Virus record (IMG/VR): IMGVR_UViG_3300021310_000002
Origin: a virus
Reading direction: 5' to 3' (one strand)
Length of the DNA stretch: 64,000 nucleotides
Position numbers and translations under genes: made by a program. Each line of letters starts with the position of its first letter. The first letter of the stretch is position 1. Shown one piece after another: positions 9,333 to 20,284 of this stretch. The notes beneath the pieces are model-generated. The model was not told where the DNA came from, made no database searches, and worked only from the letters and a program-made list of their open reading frames with translations.

Positions 9333-10844
9333 ATGACTAAGGGAAATGGTGTATCGTTGCCTGTTCTGGTTGAAAAAATTGCAAATTATGAACTATCTGA
9401 TACAGACGAGAGAATAACAAAAGTTAAAATATACCTTATGCATTTAGGGCTAAACTTTAATGGTTGTATATTTAACAAAGAAGTTGTAGATGCAGCTATT
9501 CCTAGTTTGGCTTATTGTCCAATAGTAGGATTTATTGAGAAAGATAAAACTACAGGAGAAAATGATTTTTCTGACCATCGTTTTGTTATTACAAAAGATG
9601 ACAAAGGAATAAGACAAAAATACAAAGGTTCAGCTTATGGTGTTATTCTTTCGGAAGATGAAAACAATGCTCATTACGAAGAACGACTTTGTGACGATGG
9701 AGAAACAAGAACATTCTTAGTTGTTGAGGGCATTATGTGGAATATGTTTGAAGACAGCTATGACATTGTTCAAAGGGATGGAATTAAAAATCAATCTATG
9801 GAATTGTTTCAAAAGGACGAAAATTCTTATGATGGTTATGAAGATGACAATGGAAATTTTGTAATGACTAGATTTTCGTTTAGAGCAAGTTGTATTCTTG
9901 GTAATTCATATGAACCCGCAATGATTAATTCAACAGTTGAAGTTGTTAATTTTACAATGAATGACTTTGTAAAAAATATTCAAAGTGAAATTAGTGATAA
10001 ATATTCATTGTTTGAAAAAATAATGAAAGAACAAAAAAATAAGGTAGGAGGTAATGAAAATATGTCTAAGGAAAATTTTTCTGTTATGAGTCAGTTTAAT
10101 GATATTTCCAATATTGTGAAAGACTTTGAGAAAATCAAAGACCGATGGGGCGATGAAGTTTCTCGCTATACTCTTGTTGATATACAGAACGATGAAGTAA
10201 TTGTAATGGATAGAAGCAATAATTGGAATTATTACGGACTTAAATATTCTATGGATGGAGACAAGCCTGTTATTAATTTTGAAGCTGCCGCAAGGAAGAA
10301 GATTGTATTTGAAGATTACTCTGGAGATACCACTGATGTTGATGGCACTGTGAATTTTGGTGATTGTGTTGCTGAAATTGAAAATGTTGCATTTGAAAAA
10401 GTATCGGCAGCAGAAGCTTCAATGAATGATGCAATCGCAGAAAAGGGCGAAGCTATATCCGCAAAAGAGGTTGCTGAAACAAATTACACAAATGTAAAGG
10501 CTGAACTTGATGAATTAAAACCTAAGTATGAGGAATTTGTAGCGGCAGCACAGAAAAAGGCTGACGAAGAACTTTGTGCGAAGAAAGATGAAATGCTTGC
10601 ACAGTTTGAATCTGCCTTGTCTGATTGTGAGGAATTTTCTGCTATAAAAGATAACAAGGCTGATTATTCAGTAGACGAGATTGAACAGAAGTGTTCTGTA
10701 ATTCTGTTCAGAAAGAACAAGGGTGTTAACTTTAACAAGCAAACTAAGAATACTGTTATAGGAATACCTGACGTACAGGATGATGATAATGATAGACAAG
10801 GTTATGTTGCTACCAAGTATGGCGACATTCCTGTTAATAGATAA
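9333..10844 (+). CDS. Prohead protease / scaffold protein
   Basis: N-terminal H..QSME..CILG..EPAM protease-like region plus acidic coiled-coil C-terminus; between portal and capsid genes. Confidence 0.7.
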   Translation: MTKGNGVSLPVLVEKIANYELSDTDERITKVKIYLMHLGLNFNGCIFNKEVVDAAIPSLAYCPIVGFIEKDKTTGENDFSDHRFVITKDDKGIRQKYKGSAYGVILSEDENNAHYEERLCDDGETRTFLVVEGIMWNMFEDSYDIVQRDGIKNQSMELFQKDENSYDGYEDDNGNFVMTRFSFRASCILGNSYEPAMINSTVEVVNFTMNDFVKNIQSEISDKYSLFEKIMKEQKNKVGGNENMSKENFSVMSQFNDISNIVKDFEKIKDRWGDEVSRYTLVDIQNDEVIVMDRSNNWNYYGLKYSMDGDKPVINFEAAARKKIVFEDYSGDTTDVDGTVNFGDCVAEIENVAFEKVSAAEASMNDAIAEKGEAISAKEVAETNYTNVKAELDELKPKYEEFVAAAQKKADEELCAKKDEMLAQFESALSDCEEFSAIKDNKADYSVDEIEQKCSVILFRKNKGVNFNKQTKNTVIGIPDVQDDDNDRQGYVATKYGDIPVNR

Positions 10845-10865
10845 TAATTGATTGGAGGAATTAAT

Positions 10866-11447
10866 ATGGCTTATACCGTTTTTGAAAGCACTAATATGGC
10901 AACTACAAAGTTTGCTGAAAGAATTTTTGATGCAGTAGCAGCTACCAATACTGAGAATGGTACTTTCGGTTATCTCAATGGTCTTGCAACTGGTGAAGCA
11001 GTTACATACAATTTTGTAGCTGGCACAAAGTCAGGTTTGAAGATTGGTGATGTTGTTGTTGCTGATAATCCTGCTTGGGATGTAGATACTTGTAAGAAGA
11101 CAAACCAGAGAAAGGATAAGTTTATTATTGAGGCTGGTGTAAGATTCAGAGCCAGAGTAATAAGAAAGAATGATGAAATGTTTTTCTCTATTGATGGCTT
11201 TACTTCTGCTACTCAGTCTGTTGTAGCTGGTGTAACTGATTTTAAAACAACACCTGTTTATGTAACTATTGATACTACAACTGGTAAGCTCGTAGCGGCA
11301 ACTACTAAGCCTGAAAGCGGCGTTATTATTGGACAGATTATGCGTAAGAGAATTAGTGGCGGTACTCTTATAACTACTGCTGGCACTTATGGCTACAAGA
11401 GAGAAATGTACGATGTAAAGATTATAGACGTTGATGTAACAGCGTAA
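10866..11447 (+). CDS. Capsid decoration/stabilising protein
   Basis: Position directly before the major capsid gene; Thr/Gly/Val rich. Confidence 0.55.
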   Translation: MAYTVFESTNMATTKFAERIFDAVAATNTENGTFGYLNGLATGEAVTYNFVAGTKSGLKIGDVVVADNPAWDVDTCKKTNQRKDKFIIEAGVRFRARVIRKNDEMFFSIDGFTSATQSVVAGVTDFKTTPVYVTIDTTTGKLVAATTKPESGVIIGQIMRKRISGGTLITTAGTYGYKREMYDVKIIDVDVTA

Positions 11448-11466
11448 TCGGAAGGAGTGATTAATT

Positions 11467-12507
11467 ATGAAGGCTAGAGTAAATTTTTCTAAGGAAGAGG
11501 CACAGGTTTTTGACCTTGCACTTGACCTTGCTAGAGATGATTGTAGTTCTCAGATTGATGGTGAAAAGCTGAATAAGAAAGACCTTGAAAACTATCTTAG
11601 AACTAAGATTAATAACGACATACTGAAAGGAAAGACACTTTATCAGGCTTTCAGACGTAACAACCTTATAATGTTTGAGATTGTTGAGGAAATTGTTACA
11701 ACTGCAATTAGTGAGAATATCTTGGAGTCTCCTTTTATTGATGCTTTTGTCGAGGTAAAGAACAGAGCTTTGGGCGACCAGACAGCTTTCTATTCTGAGG
11801 GTGGTTTAGTTTCTGTTGCAACATTTGCTGGAAACCATTGGGACACTAATAGAGAAGCTATTGACGTTGGTGAGGAAATTACACTTCCTAGAGAGTGGAT
11901 TTATGCTCATGTATATGAAGACCTTGAAAGATTCCTGCTTGGTATTACACCTCTTGAAAAGATGGTTGATAAGATTTATAAGTCTATCAACAAGTTCATT
12001 CAGGACAGATTGTATGCTCAGTTCCAGAACGTTGCAAATGCAGTTCCTTCTGATTTTGTTGCTTCTGGTAATAGTGAAGCTGCTGTTGGTGAGCTGTGTG
12101 ATAAGGTTCAGGCTGCTGGTGGTTACGGTTCTCTGACTATCGCTGGTACTAAGGGCGCACTGAGAAAGCTTGCTGCTGTTGTTCCCGATAAGATGTTTGC
12201 AAACTCTCAGAAAGAAGCAAAGGCACAGACTGGCTCTATAGGTGATTGGGAAGGTAGCAAGTTGATGATTATTCCTCAGACTCTTAAATCTGGAACATTT
12301 GAGCTTGCGCTGAACGACAATCAGATATTTATTCTTGGTGGCGATTCCAAGCCTATTAAGCTGGAATACATAGGTGATACTCGTTCTGATATCGACACCG
12401 AGGGTAAGAAGAATAATGACATGAGTGTTGATATTCAGGTACAGACTGCTATGGGTATGGGTCTTGCTCTGCCTAACTACTTTGGTCTGTTTACTTTTAG
12501 TGGCTAA
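11467..12507 (+). CDS. Major capsid protein
   Basis: 346 aa, strongly biased codon usage, position in the head operon. Confidence 0.8.
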   Translation: MKARVNFSKEEAQVFDLALDLARDDCSSQIDGEKLNKKDLENYLRTKINNDILKGKTLYQAFRRNNLIMFEIVEEIVTTAISENILESPFIDAFVEVKNRALGDQTAFYSEGGLVSVATFAGNHWDTNREAIDVGEEITLPREWIYAHVYEDLERFLLGITPLEKMVDKIYKSINKFIQDRLYAQFQNVANAVPSDFVASGNSEAAVGELCDKVQAAGGYGSLTIAGTKGALRKLAAVVPDKMFANSQKEAKAQTGSIGDWEGSKLMIIPQTLKSGTFELALNDNQIFILGGDSKPIKLEYIGDTRSDIDTEGKKNNDMSVDIQVQTAMGMGLALPNYFGLFTFSG

Positions 12508-12542
12508 TCAATAATGTAATAAATATGAAAGGTGGATTAAAT

Positions 12543-13082
12543 ATGGCTAGAAAAAAGAATGTCATTGAATCCACAGGTACAGTACAGGAGGCTACAATTG
12601 TAGCCTCCGATATTGGTACTGCTGTGGTTAGAAATGATAATATTGTAGATAATGAAGAAATTGAAGTTGTTTCGATGATACCTAATGTAAGTTATGAAGA
12701 TAGCTATACAGGTGATTTTTACAGATGGGATGAAATAGGTCATACAGAGATAATGACTTGGGCAACTATCAGAAATATGTGGAGAGGTAATAAAGGTTAT
12801 TTTAGAGATTTGTGGTTGAAGCCTCTAGATGAAAGAGTAATTAAAAAGTTAGGATTGGCTAACAACTATCAGAAGTATGAGTATTTGATGGAAGGTTCTA
12901 ATTACACAAGGGCTTCTATAAAACAGATATGCGATGAAATAGCTAAGACACCTGTTGGTCTGAGATATTCTATTTTTAATAATATTAAAACTATTATTGC
13001 CAATGGAGAGCTTTCAGACATTAATGTAATTATGACATTAGAAAAGAGATTTAGTCTTAATTTACTTTCTATTCTTGAATAA
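12543..13082 (+). CDS. Hypothetical head-associated protein
   Basis: ORF with SD; synteny only. Confidence 0.5.
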   Translation: MARKKNVIESTGTVQEATIVASDIGTAVVRNDNIVDNEEIEVVSMIPNVSYEDSYTGDFYRWDEIGHTEIMTWATIRNMWRGNKGYFRDLWLKPLDERVIKKLGLANNYQKYEYLMEGSNYTRASIKQICDEIAKTPVGLRYSIFNNIKTIIANGELSDINVIMTLEKRFSLNLLSILE

Positions 13083-13104
13083 TATAGGGAAGGAGTGAGA
13101 AGTT

Positions 13105-13557
13105 ATGGCAACGCCTTATACTGCTATATATGAGAATATGTTACCCAAATTCCGTAGTTATGAGATACCTTTAATGACAGTCGAAGAAGTACAAGAGTAT
13201 TTGCATGACTTCATTGTTCCTGCTATTACAAGATTTCATATATGTAGAAAAGATTTAAATGACCGAGATGAAACTCTTGAACAGTTTAATGTAGATTTGT
13301 CAAGTACAGAAATTGAAATCATTAGCAATTTTGCTTTAATTGAATATATTGATTCTACATATGTTAGAACAGCAACATTACTAAAGGTGAATCTTAGTTC
13401 AAGTGATTTTAATTCATATAGTCCTGCTAATATGCTAGATAAACTATTGGCTATGCATGACACATATAGACGAGAAAACGAAACATTGCTATCAAGATAT
13501 TCGTGGATGAATAATTCATCTACAACAGATAAGTTAAGTCCTAATTATAAAAAGTAA
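13105..13557 (+). CDS. Head-tail adaptor (putative)
   Basis: Synteny; DFNSYSPAN motif. Confidence 0.55.
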   Translation: MATPYTAIYENMLPKFRSYEIPLMTVEEVQEYLHDFIVPAITRFHICRKDLNDRDETLEQFNVDLSSTEIEIISNFALIEYIDSTYVRTATLLKVNLSSSDFNSYSPANMLDKLLAMHDTYRRENETLLSRYSWMNNSSTTDKLSPNYKK

Positions 13558-13575
13558 AAGAGGTGAAGTATTGTC

Positions 13576-14619
13576 GTGGATGCTTTTGAAAGATTTAAAA
13601 GAAAAATGGAACTGTCAGGTGGGTCTTTACGAGGCGAACAAATATGGAATAGCCAACAACTTTTAAATAGAACATTTGCTGACGATGCTTCTTATTCTTT
13701 GAATATTTATATGTGGGAGTTAGGGAGACAGTTATATGATGATATACAACCTATAAATATCAGATTATATCATCGAATGTTTTCATCAGCAAATGGTGTA
13801 ACAGTAAAGTTCCAAACCTTACATGATACTCGTATAGAAGTTGGAGATATTATTTACGATAGTAATGAGGAAGAATATTGGATTTGCACTGAATCATTTA
13901 ACTTAGATAACATACATTATCAGGGTAAATTTACATTATGTAATTGGATATTAAAATGGCAAAATAAAAATGGAGACATTCTTGAATATCCATGTTATAA
14001 CATTAATACTACACAGTATAATTCAGGTGAAACTCCGAATAGGAATTTTATTGTTGGTTCTTCTCAACACGCAGTCTTGCTACCTTGTGACGAGAATACT
14101 GTTATTCTTGATACGCCACAAAGATTCTTTTTGGATAAGAATACAACCAAACCAACAACTTATATTGTTACTCAAAATGATACCACTACATTGAATATTG
14201 GTAAGAAAGGTTTGATTAGACTCACTTTGTATGAATATGAATTTAATTCTGCAAAAGATAGAATCGACCTTGGTGTATGCGATTATTTTGATAAAGATAA
14301 TTTACAGCCTGATATACCAAGTGGCTCAACAGAAAACACTATTATGTATGATACTAAAATAATTAAATCTGGCGGTAGCCCAAAAATATATATAGGCAAA
14401 CTATATGATAATCTTGGAAATGAAATTGAACCACATTTGATTAAATGGAATATTGTCTGTGATTTTGCATCTGAATTTAAACGTATAGAAAATGGTAATT
14501 CATTAATATTAAGTATTGATAATGATGATTATATTGATGAAGAATTTAAAATCATATGCTCTGATGTTACAGATACATATAGTGCAGAATTAATTATTAC
14601 TATTGAATCTTTATTATAA
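13576..14619 (+). CDS. Head closure/neck protein with C-terminal Ig-like domain (putative)
   Basis: Synteny; beta-rich. Confidence 0.5.
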   Translation: MDAFERFKRKMELSGGSLRGEQIWNSQQLLNRTFADDASYSLNIYMWELGRQLYDDIQPINIRLYHRMFSSANGVTVKFQTLHDTRIEVGDIIYDSNEEEYWICTESFNLDNIHYQGKFTLCNWILKWQNKNGDILEYPCYNINTTQYNSGETPNRNFIVGSSQHAVLLPCDENTVILDTPQRFFLDKNTTKPTTYIVTQNDTTTLNIGKKGLIRLTLYEYEFNSAKDRIDLGVCDYFDKDNLQPDIPSGSTENTIMYDTKIIKSGGSPKIYIGKLYDNLGNEIEPHLIKWNIVCDFASEFKRIENGNSLILSIDNDDYIDEEFKIICSDVTDTYSAELIITIESLL

Positions 14620-14631
14620 TGAGGTATTGAT

Positions 14632-15135
14632 ATGGCAAATAGTACAATTATCGGAAAGATAAAAAGAAGATTAATCAAAGAGATGATTAAAGACGAAAGT
14701 ATTATTAATGCTATTGACAGTCCTGATGTAGTTGTCCCTGATAAATTAATTGGAACTCACATATTTGATTTCAACCAAGACCCAAACACATTACAAAAAG
14801 TTATTACCTTTATAACTATACAAGTTCATATTCCTGAGAACAGATATAGTAATGACAATTTTTTTGTTAGTCCTACTATTGAAATATGGATTATATCTCA
14901 CGAAAAACATATGATTGTAGATAATGTTCCTAAAGTGAAAGAGAATAGGAATGATTACATTTCAACATTACTTGATAAAAGACTAAATGGTAAATATAAT
15001 TACGGTATTGGAAAAATAGTTTTAGTAAGTAATATTGAAGGCTCTTTCCAACAAGATTATTTATTTAGAAAAATGACCTTCAAGGGTGTAGATATGAACA
15101 GCTCTGTATGTGAAGACGAAGACGATAACGAATAA
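14632..15135 (+). CDS. Tail completion protein (putative)
   Basis: Synteny and size. Confidence 0.45.
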   Translation: MANSTIIGKIKRRLIKEMIKDESIINAIDSPDVVVPDKLIGTHIFDFNQDPNTLQKVITFITIQVHIPENRYSNDNFFVSPTIEIWIISHEKHMIVDNVPKVKENRNDYISTLLDKRLNGKYNYGIGKIVLVSNIEGSFQQDYLFRKMTFKGVDMNSSVCEDEDDNE

Positions 15136-15156
15136 TTTATAATACAGAGGTGTGAA

Positions 15157-15927
15157 ATGTTTGAGTTTGATGAATTAAAAATATATAAAGGATATGATAT
15201 TCCTATTACTTCTAAGATTTCTGTAAAACAACCTACGCTTGAAGAAATTACAGATTTTGGAGAGAAACAATATTTCAATGCAGTATATACATTAACTTGT
15301 GTAGCTGCGGATATGAAATGGCAATTATGGGATATTGGTAAAATTGATTACACAACAATCAGTGACTATGATTTGTTTGTAATATTTTTGTCACAACTTC
15401 TTTCGCAAGAAGTTGAACTGGATAATGGCATGAAAAAAAATCCATTGGAATTAATTTTAACAAATATTAATTTCGCAGATTTTCAAATTGCTCAAAAAAA
15501 TTTAGGTCAAGACCATAAACAATGTGTGTTATACAATGCATCACAAAATATTGTTATTGACAAATTTGTGTATACACGAATAGTAGAAGCTGTGCGTAAA
15601 ATTCATTATTTAAAACGTAATAATGAAATTCCAGCTAACGAAAAAACTAAAATGGATTTGATTGAGGATGCAAGAGATGAAGCTATGCTTGCTAAATCTA
15701 AACCATACACAAGCCTTTTAGTTCCATTAATATCCACCATATCAGTTACTAATGGATTGTGTGGCGATGATAAGATTTGGAATATGCCTATTAGTAGATT
15801 TTTATATGATGTTAAAAAAACTGGACACATAAAACACGCAGACCTTTTACTTAAAGGAGCTTATTCAGGCTTCGGAAGTTTAAAAGGCATTGACCCAAAA
15901 CAAATAGATATATTTGCAGATATATAA
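15157..15927 (+). CDS. Hypothetical tail-region protein
   Basis: ORF with SD before the tail tube gene. Confidence 0.5.
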   Translation: MFEFDELKIYKGYDIPITSKISVKQPTLEEITDFGEKQYFNAVYTLTCVAADMKWQLWDIGKIDYTTISDYDLFVIFLSQLLSQEVELDNGMKKNPLELILTNINFADFQIAQKNLGQDHKQCVLYNASQNIVIDKFVYTRIVEAVRKIHYLKRNNEIPANEKTKMDLIEDARDEAMLAKSKPYTSLLVPLISTISVTNGLCGDDKIWNMPISRFLYDVKKTGHIKHADLLLKGAYSGFGSLKGIDPKQIDIFADI

Positions 15928-15961
15928 TTTTATGTATATTATTTTGATTGGAGGAATATAT

Positions 15962-16756
15962 ATGGCATTTAATGTAAATGAACTTATACTTGACCGAGTT
16001 AGGTCACTGGTGTGGAACGATTTGACAACCAAGCAGATGTTGTTTAGACTGACTTCTTTGGAAAATCCTACTTTACAGTGTACCGCAGAGGGAGAGGATG
16101 TAACTGATGCAGTTGGTGCAGTAATTACCACACTGTATAGAGCAAAGAAAGCTAGTTTTAATGCAACTAACTCGCTTATTTCCCTTGACCTTATGGCAAA
16201 TCAGTACGGCACAGTTAAAGAGGTAGGCACAGCCGCAGCAAAGATTGATGATACTACATATGATATTATAACTGTTCCTGCTGCCGCTGGTGAGACACTG
16301 GCACTTTCTCACACTCCTAAAAATGCATCGGATATTAAGTGGGCTTATTCCATTGTTAAGAATGAGATAGGTACTGCTTATGAGGCTGCCGCAACTGCTT
16401 CTGCAACTGAATTTGTGGTTGCAGCAGATGGTACAATTACACCGCCCACAGGATTTACAGGTCAGCTTTATATTGAATATGTATTTGAAAACGAAAATGC
16501 AATTCGTATTAAGAACAGTGCATCTAACTTCCCCGAAGCTGGTAGTGCAATTATTTATGCTTACTTTAGAGATAAGTGTAATGAGAACCTTGTTTACTCT
16601 GGCAAGATACTTTGTCCTAAAGCAAAGATGAATCCTTCTCAGATTGAAGTTGCTCTGACTTCAACTGGTAAGCATCCTTTTGAGTTTACTATGGCAAAGG
16701 ATTATTGTGCTGGCGAGGGAGAAGACGAACTGTTCACAGTAATTGTGAGCCAGTAA
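15962..16756 (+). CDS. Major tail tube protein
   Basis: Ala/Thr rich, biased codons, followed by a terminator. Confidence 0.7.
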   Translation: MAFNVNELILDRVRSLVWNDLTTKQMLFRLTSLENPTLQCTAEGEDVTDAVGAVITTLYRAKKASFNATNSLISLDLMANQYGTVKEVGTAAAKIDDTTYDIITVPAAAGETLALSHTPKNASDIKWAYSIVKNEIGTAYEAAATASATEFVVAADGTITPPTGFTGQLYIEYVFENENAIRIKNSASNFPEAGSAIIYAYFRDKCNENLVYSGKILCPKAKMNPSQIEVALTSTGKHPFEFTMAKDYCAGEGEDELFTVIVSQ

Positions 16757-16767
16757 TTTTAACTTTA

Positions 16768-16806
16768 AATGGGGTTACTATTAGTAGCCCCATTATTTTT
16801 ATTTTG
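16768..16806 (+). terminator. Intrinsic terminator
   Basis: AATGGGGTTACT-ATT-AGTAGCCCCATT plus T-run. Confidence 0.7.
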
Positions 16807-16822
16807 AAATGAGGTGTTACCA

Positions 16823-17176
16823 ATGACAGATAAAAATAATGCAACTTGTAGAATATGTGGTAAACCTTATCATTTGTGTGCATCTTGCAAAGATTTTAAA
16901 ATTTTATATCCTTGGAAATTACATACAGATACAGCAGAGCATTATAAGATTTATCAAATTATACATGGATATTCTACTGGTATATATAATAAATCAGAAG
17001 CTAAAGAACGTTTAGAGAATGTTGATTTATCTGATTTAAAAACGCTTAGAGAAAATATCCAGGCGATAATTAATGAAATAATTAAAAGTGATAATGGTAA
17101 GACTGAAACTGTTCAGCAAGAAGTTGAAAATAAAAATAAAATTAGATTAGGTAAGTCTAAAAAAATGTGTAAATAA
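16823..17176 (+). CDS. Zn-finger hypothetical protein
   Basis: CRIC...CASC. Confidence 0.55.
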   Translation: MTDKNNATCRICGKPYHLCASCKDFKILYPWKLHTDTAEHYKIYQIIHGYSTGIYNKSEAKERLENVDLSDLKTLRENIQAIINEIIKSDNGKTETVQQEVENKNKIRLGKSKKMCK

Positions 17177-17279
17177 TTATTGTTTTGTAGAATGTCTATT
17201 GAATATAGACTAGAAAGGGAGGTACAATTTTACACATTGTATGTCCCTTATTTTTTACTACAAAAGAAAGGTGGTAAAT

Positions 17280-17507
17280 ATGTATACTATAAGTGATGTA
17301 ACTGGAATACGTTATGAGAATGAGGATGCTGTGTTCTTTAGAAATTATAGGCAAGCAGCAAAATATATTAGTTGGAACGCTAAATTGCTAGATATTTTTA
17401 CTGATAGTAATGATAAGTTAGTATTTGTGTTTGAACGTAAAACACATAATAAATTAATAAAGCGATGGTTAGCTTTAAATGAAAGTGATGGTAATAGTAA
17501 TGGTTAA
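17280..17507 (+). CDS. Hypothetical protein
   Basis: ORF with SD GAAGGTGG. Confidence 0.5.
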   Translation: MYTISDVTGIRYENEDAVFFRNYRQAAKYISWNAKLLDIFTDSNDKLVFVFERKTHNKLIKRWLALNESDGNSNG

Positions 17508-18063
17508 TGAAGGAAAACAATTTGAAAAAGATTTTGCTAATTCTATTCCTGCCTATTGCTATTGTCACAGATTACGTGATTCTACACAATCGTTTTATAA
17601 AGCACAAGAGACTTCGTATAGCTGGGATAATGAATGTGATTTTTTTGTTTTTAATAACACTTCTCAATTTTTTTATGCTATTGAATGTAAAAGTACGAAG
17701 TCCCGAAGTATGTCTTTTCAAAGAAATAAAGAAGATGCTAAGAAACGTCCAAATCAAATGATTAAATATCATCAAGTAGAATCACTAACTAAAATGTCAA
17801 AATACAATCACATTAAGGCTGGATTGTTATTAAATTTTAGAGATGACAAAAACGATATGCAACGTACATATTGGATTGACATTCGTGATTATAATAATCT
17901 TATTGCGAATACAACTAAGTCTAGTATTAATGAAATTGATATTATTAAGTACAATGCAATAAAATTGATAGGACAAAAGAAACGTGTACATTATAAATGG
18001 GATGTTGAAAATTTGTTTATCATATTGGAAAGCAATGCGAACAAGAAAGGAAGATGTATATGA
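17500..18063 (+). CDS. recU: RecU-like Holliday junction resolvase
   Basis: GKQFE, CDF, IECKST, IKYHQ motifs. Confidence 0.8.
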   Translation: MVNEGKQFEKDFANSIPAYCYCHRLRDSTQSFYKAQETSYSWDNECDFFVFNNTSQFFYAIECKSTKSRSMSFQRNKEDAKKRPNQMIKYHQVESLTKMSKYNHIKAGLLLNFRDDKNDMQRTYWIDIRDYNNLIANTTKSSINEIDIIKYNAIKLIGQKKRVHYKWDVENLFIILESNANKKGRCI

Positions 18064-18710
18064 ACGCACATATTACTATAGACGAAACAATGACAAATCA
18101 TGCAAATGGAATTATGACAGGAGCTTATACTGATACAAAAACTAATAAAGAGACTTTGTTTACATTTAAAACGAATATTAGCGTTAAGGAAAAGATTCAA
18201 TTTGTTTCGGATGTAACTGCGCTAATAATTGGAGAAAATTATTTTTCGTTTTTAAAAGACCTAATATTTGATTTTGAAATCATAAATGTTTTTACAGACA
18301 TTGATGTTTCGGAAATTCTTAATGCTTCTGATGCTATTGATGAAATTGAAAATATTGTAACCAATACTAAAATAGTAGAGATAGTAAAGAACAATGTAGA
18401 TAATACTATTTTAGATGAACTTAAAATAGCAGTTAATAGCAACATTGAATACAAGACTGGGGTTCATAATAATATAATTGAAGATATCATAGTACAGCTT
18501 TTGTCATCTGTTAAAAGTAAGATAGATGGCATTGATACTGAAACAGTGCTTCAAATGGCTGAGACATTAAGCACATTGAGTAATAATGTTACTTCTGAGG
18601 AGATAGTTAACGCTTATGCAAATTCTCCTGCCTTTTTAGAATCGCTAAAAGAAAGAGAAAAAAGATTTAATGATATTGCTATGGCAGCCAAAACATTTGG
18701 AAAGAAGTGA
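18060..18710 (+). CDS. Hypothetical protein
   Basis: Long ORF overlapping its neighbours. Confidence 0.55.
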   Translation: MNAHITIDETMTNHANGIMTGAYTDTKTNKETLFTFKTNISVKEKIQFVSDVTALIIGENYFSFLKDLIFDFEIINVFTDIDVSEILNASDAIDEIENIVTNTKIVEIVKNNVDNTILDELKIAVNSNIEYKTGVHNNIIEDIIVQLLSSVKSKIDGIDTETVLQMAETLSTLSNNVTSEEIVNAYANSPAFLESLKEREKRFNDIAMAAKTFGKK

Positions 18711-18715
18711 TAATT

Positions 18716-19183
18716 ATGGTAATTGTATCGCCAGAACAATTAAAACAGCTTCTTATGAGTCGCATGAAAACAACGATTCAAGAAATGGAAAATCAAATAC
18801 ATGAAATAATTAATCAATTTCTTAAACAATATTATAAAGAATATGAACCCGCCATTTATGAAAGAACTGAACAACTTTTACATTCATTAGTAAAAAGTGA
18901 AATTATTCAAAGTAGTGATGGATATGCTTGTCATGTGTATTTTGATTTAGAGAAAATAGACTATTCTTACAAATATATTAATGGTAAGAAATATAAAAAT
19001 GATACAAGTAAAGTCGGTGGGACAGAAGGTATAGTAAGGTTGGCTATGGAGAGTCACACTCATGGTGGTGTCATAGCTGATAAAAATACAGCCATATGGA
19101 CAGAAAGTATGGATGTTTTAAATCGTGAAAAATTTAATATCTTAAAATCATGTTTGATTGATAATGGAATACCTATTGAATAA
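18716..19183 (+). CDS. Hypothetical (neck/tail-related) protein
   Basis: YERTEQL motif; synteny. Confidence 0.45.
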   Translation: MVIVSPEQLKQLLMSRMKTTIQEMENQIHEIINQFLKQYYKEYEPAIYERTEQLLHSLVKSEIIQSSDGYACHVYFDLEKIDYSYKYINGKKYKNDTSKVGGTEGIVRLAMESHTHGGVIADKNTAIWTESMDVLNREKFNILKSCLIDNGIPIE

Positions 19184-19249
19184 GTATGAATTTTAGATGA
19201 TAAAATTGTATTACACATTAAGCAATGCGTAAGATTGGAGATGATAATT

Positions 19250-20284
19250 ATGGCAAAGTCCAGAGAAACATTTAGAAAGATAATTACAAGCCCAGAACTG
19301 ATAGAACAAATTAATCCTAAGAATAAACAATTGATGGAGAGGTATTTGAAAAACTTTGCTACAAAGCGTTCTCCGAAATCTGTTGTAGTGTATAGGTCTA
19401 ACTTGAATTTATTTTTTGTGTGGAACTTATTAAATAATGATAATACATTTTTTGTTGATATTCGTAAAATAGATTTAATGGATTTTTTTGATTTTGCAGT
19501 TACAGAACTACAATGGAGTCCGAATCGTTATGCACAATGTCATTCATCGTTGTCGAGTTTTAGTGCTTGGATAGAAAATTTTTATGATGACAAATATCCT
19601 AATTTTAGAAACCTTTTACCAAAAATTGAGAAGTTACCTAAAGAAGCAGTACGTAAAAAATCTGTATTTACTAAGGAAGAATTAAACGCATTAATGACAA
19701 CACTTGGAGAGCAAGGAAGAAGTCAAGAACAATGTTTGTTAGCTTTGCTTATGTCTTCTGGTTCAAGAGCAAGTGAGCTTGCACGATTTACTACAGATAT
19801 TATTGATGAAAACCATACTGCTTTTAGTGATTTATTTTTGGAAACGACCGAAGAAGTACAGGTTAAGGGCAGAGGTGTTAATGGAAAATCGTTGATAAGA
19901 TATATCCTTAAAGATACATTTCTTCCTTATTATAAAGCATGGCTACCCATTAGAGAAAAGATTATGAAAGAAAATAATCAACAACATAATTATATTTTTA
20001 TAACACAAGATGGCGAACCAGCTAGTGTATCAACTTTTAGAGGTTGGGTTAAACGATGGAATGAAATTATGGATAAACCATTTTATTTACATAGTATTCG
20101 ACATTATTATACTACTACGCTATTGTCGATTGGATTAGAGCAAGAATTAGTTCAAGAGATTATCGGATGGAGTTCAGCCGACATGGTAAAAATATACAAT
20201 GATGCGACTGCTAAAGATAGAGAGTGGAAAGGCTTAACAAAGCTCAAACAAGCACTAGCGGAAGATTTAAAGGATGGTGATTGA
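19250..20284 (+). CDS. Tyrosine recombinase (YomM-like), full length
   Basis: GSRASE (R), VKG (K), HSIRH (H-x-x-R), IGW, IYN (Y); N-terminal core-binding domain present. Confidence 0.9.
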   Translation: MAKSRETFRKIITSPELIEQINPKNKQLMERYLKNFATKRSPKSVVVYRSNLNLFFVWNLLNNDNTFFVDIRKIDLMDFFDFAVTELQWSPNRYAQCHSSLSSFSAWIENFYDDKYPNFRNLLPKIEKLPKEAVRKKSVFTKEELNALMTTLGEQGRSQEQCLLALLMSSGSRASELARFTTDIIDENHTAFSDLFLETTEEVQVKGRGVNGKSLIRYILKDTFLPYYKAWLPIREKIMKENNQQHNYIFITQDGEPASVSTFRGWVKRWNEIMDKPFYLHSIRHYYTTTLLSIGLEQELVQEIIGWSSADMVKIYNDATAKDREWKGLTKLKQALAEDLKDGD

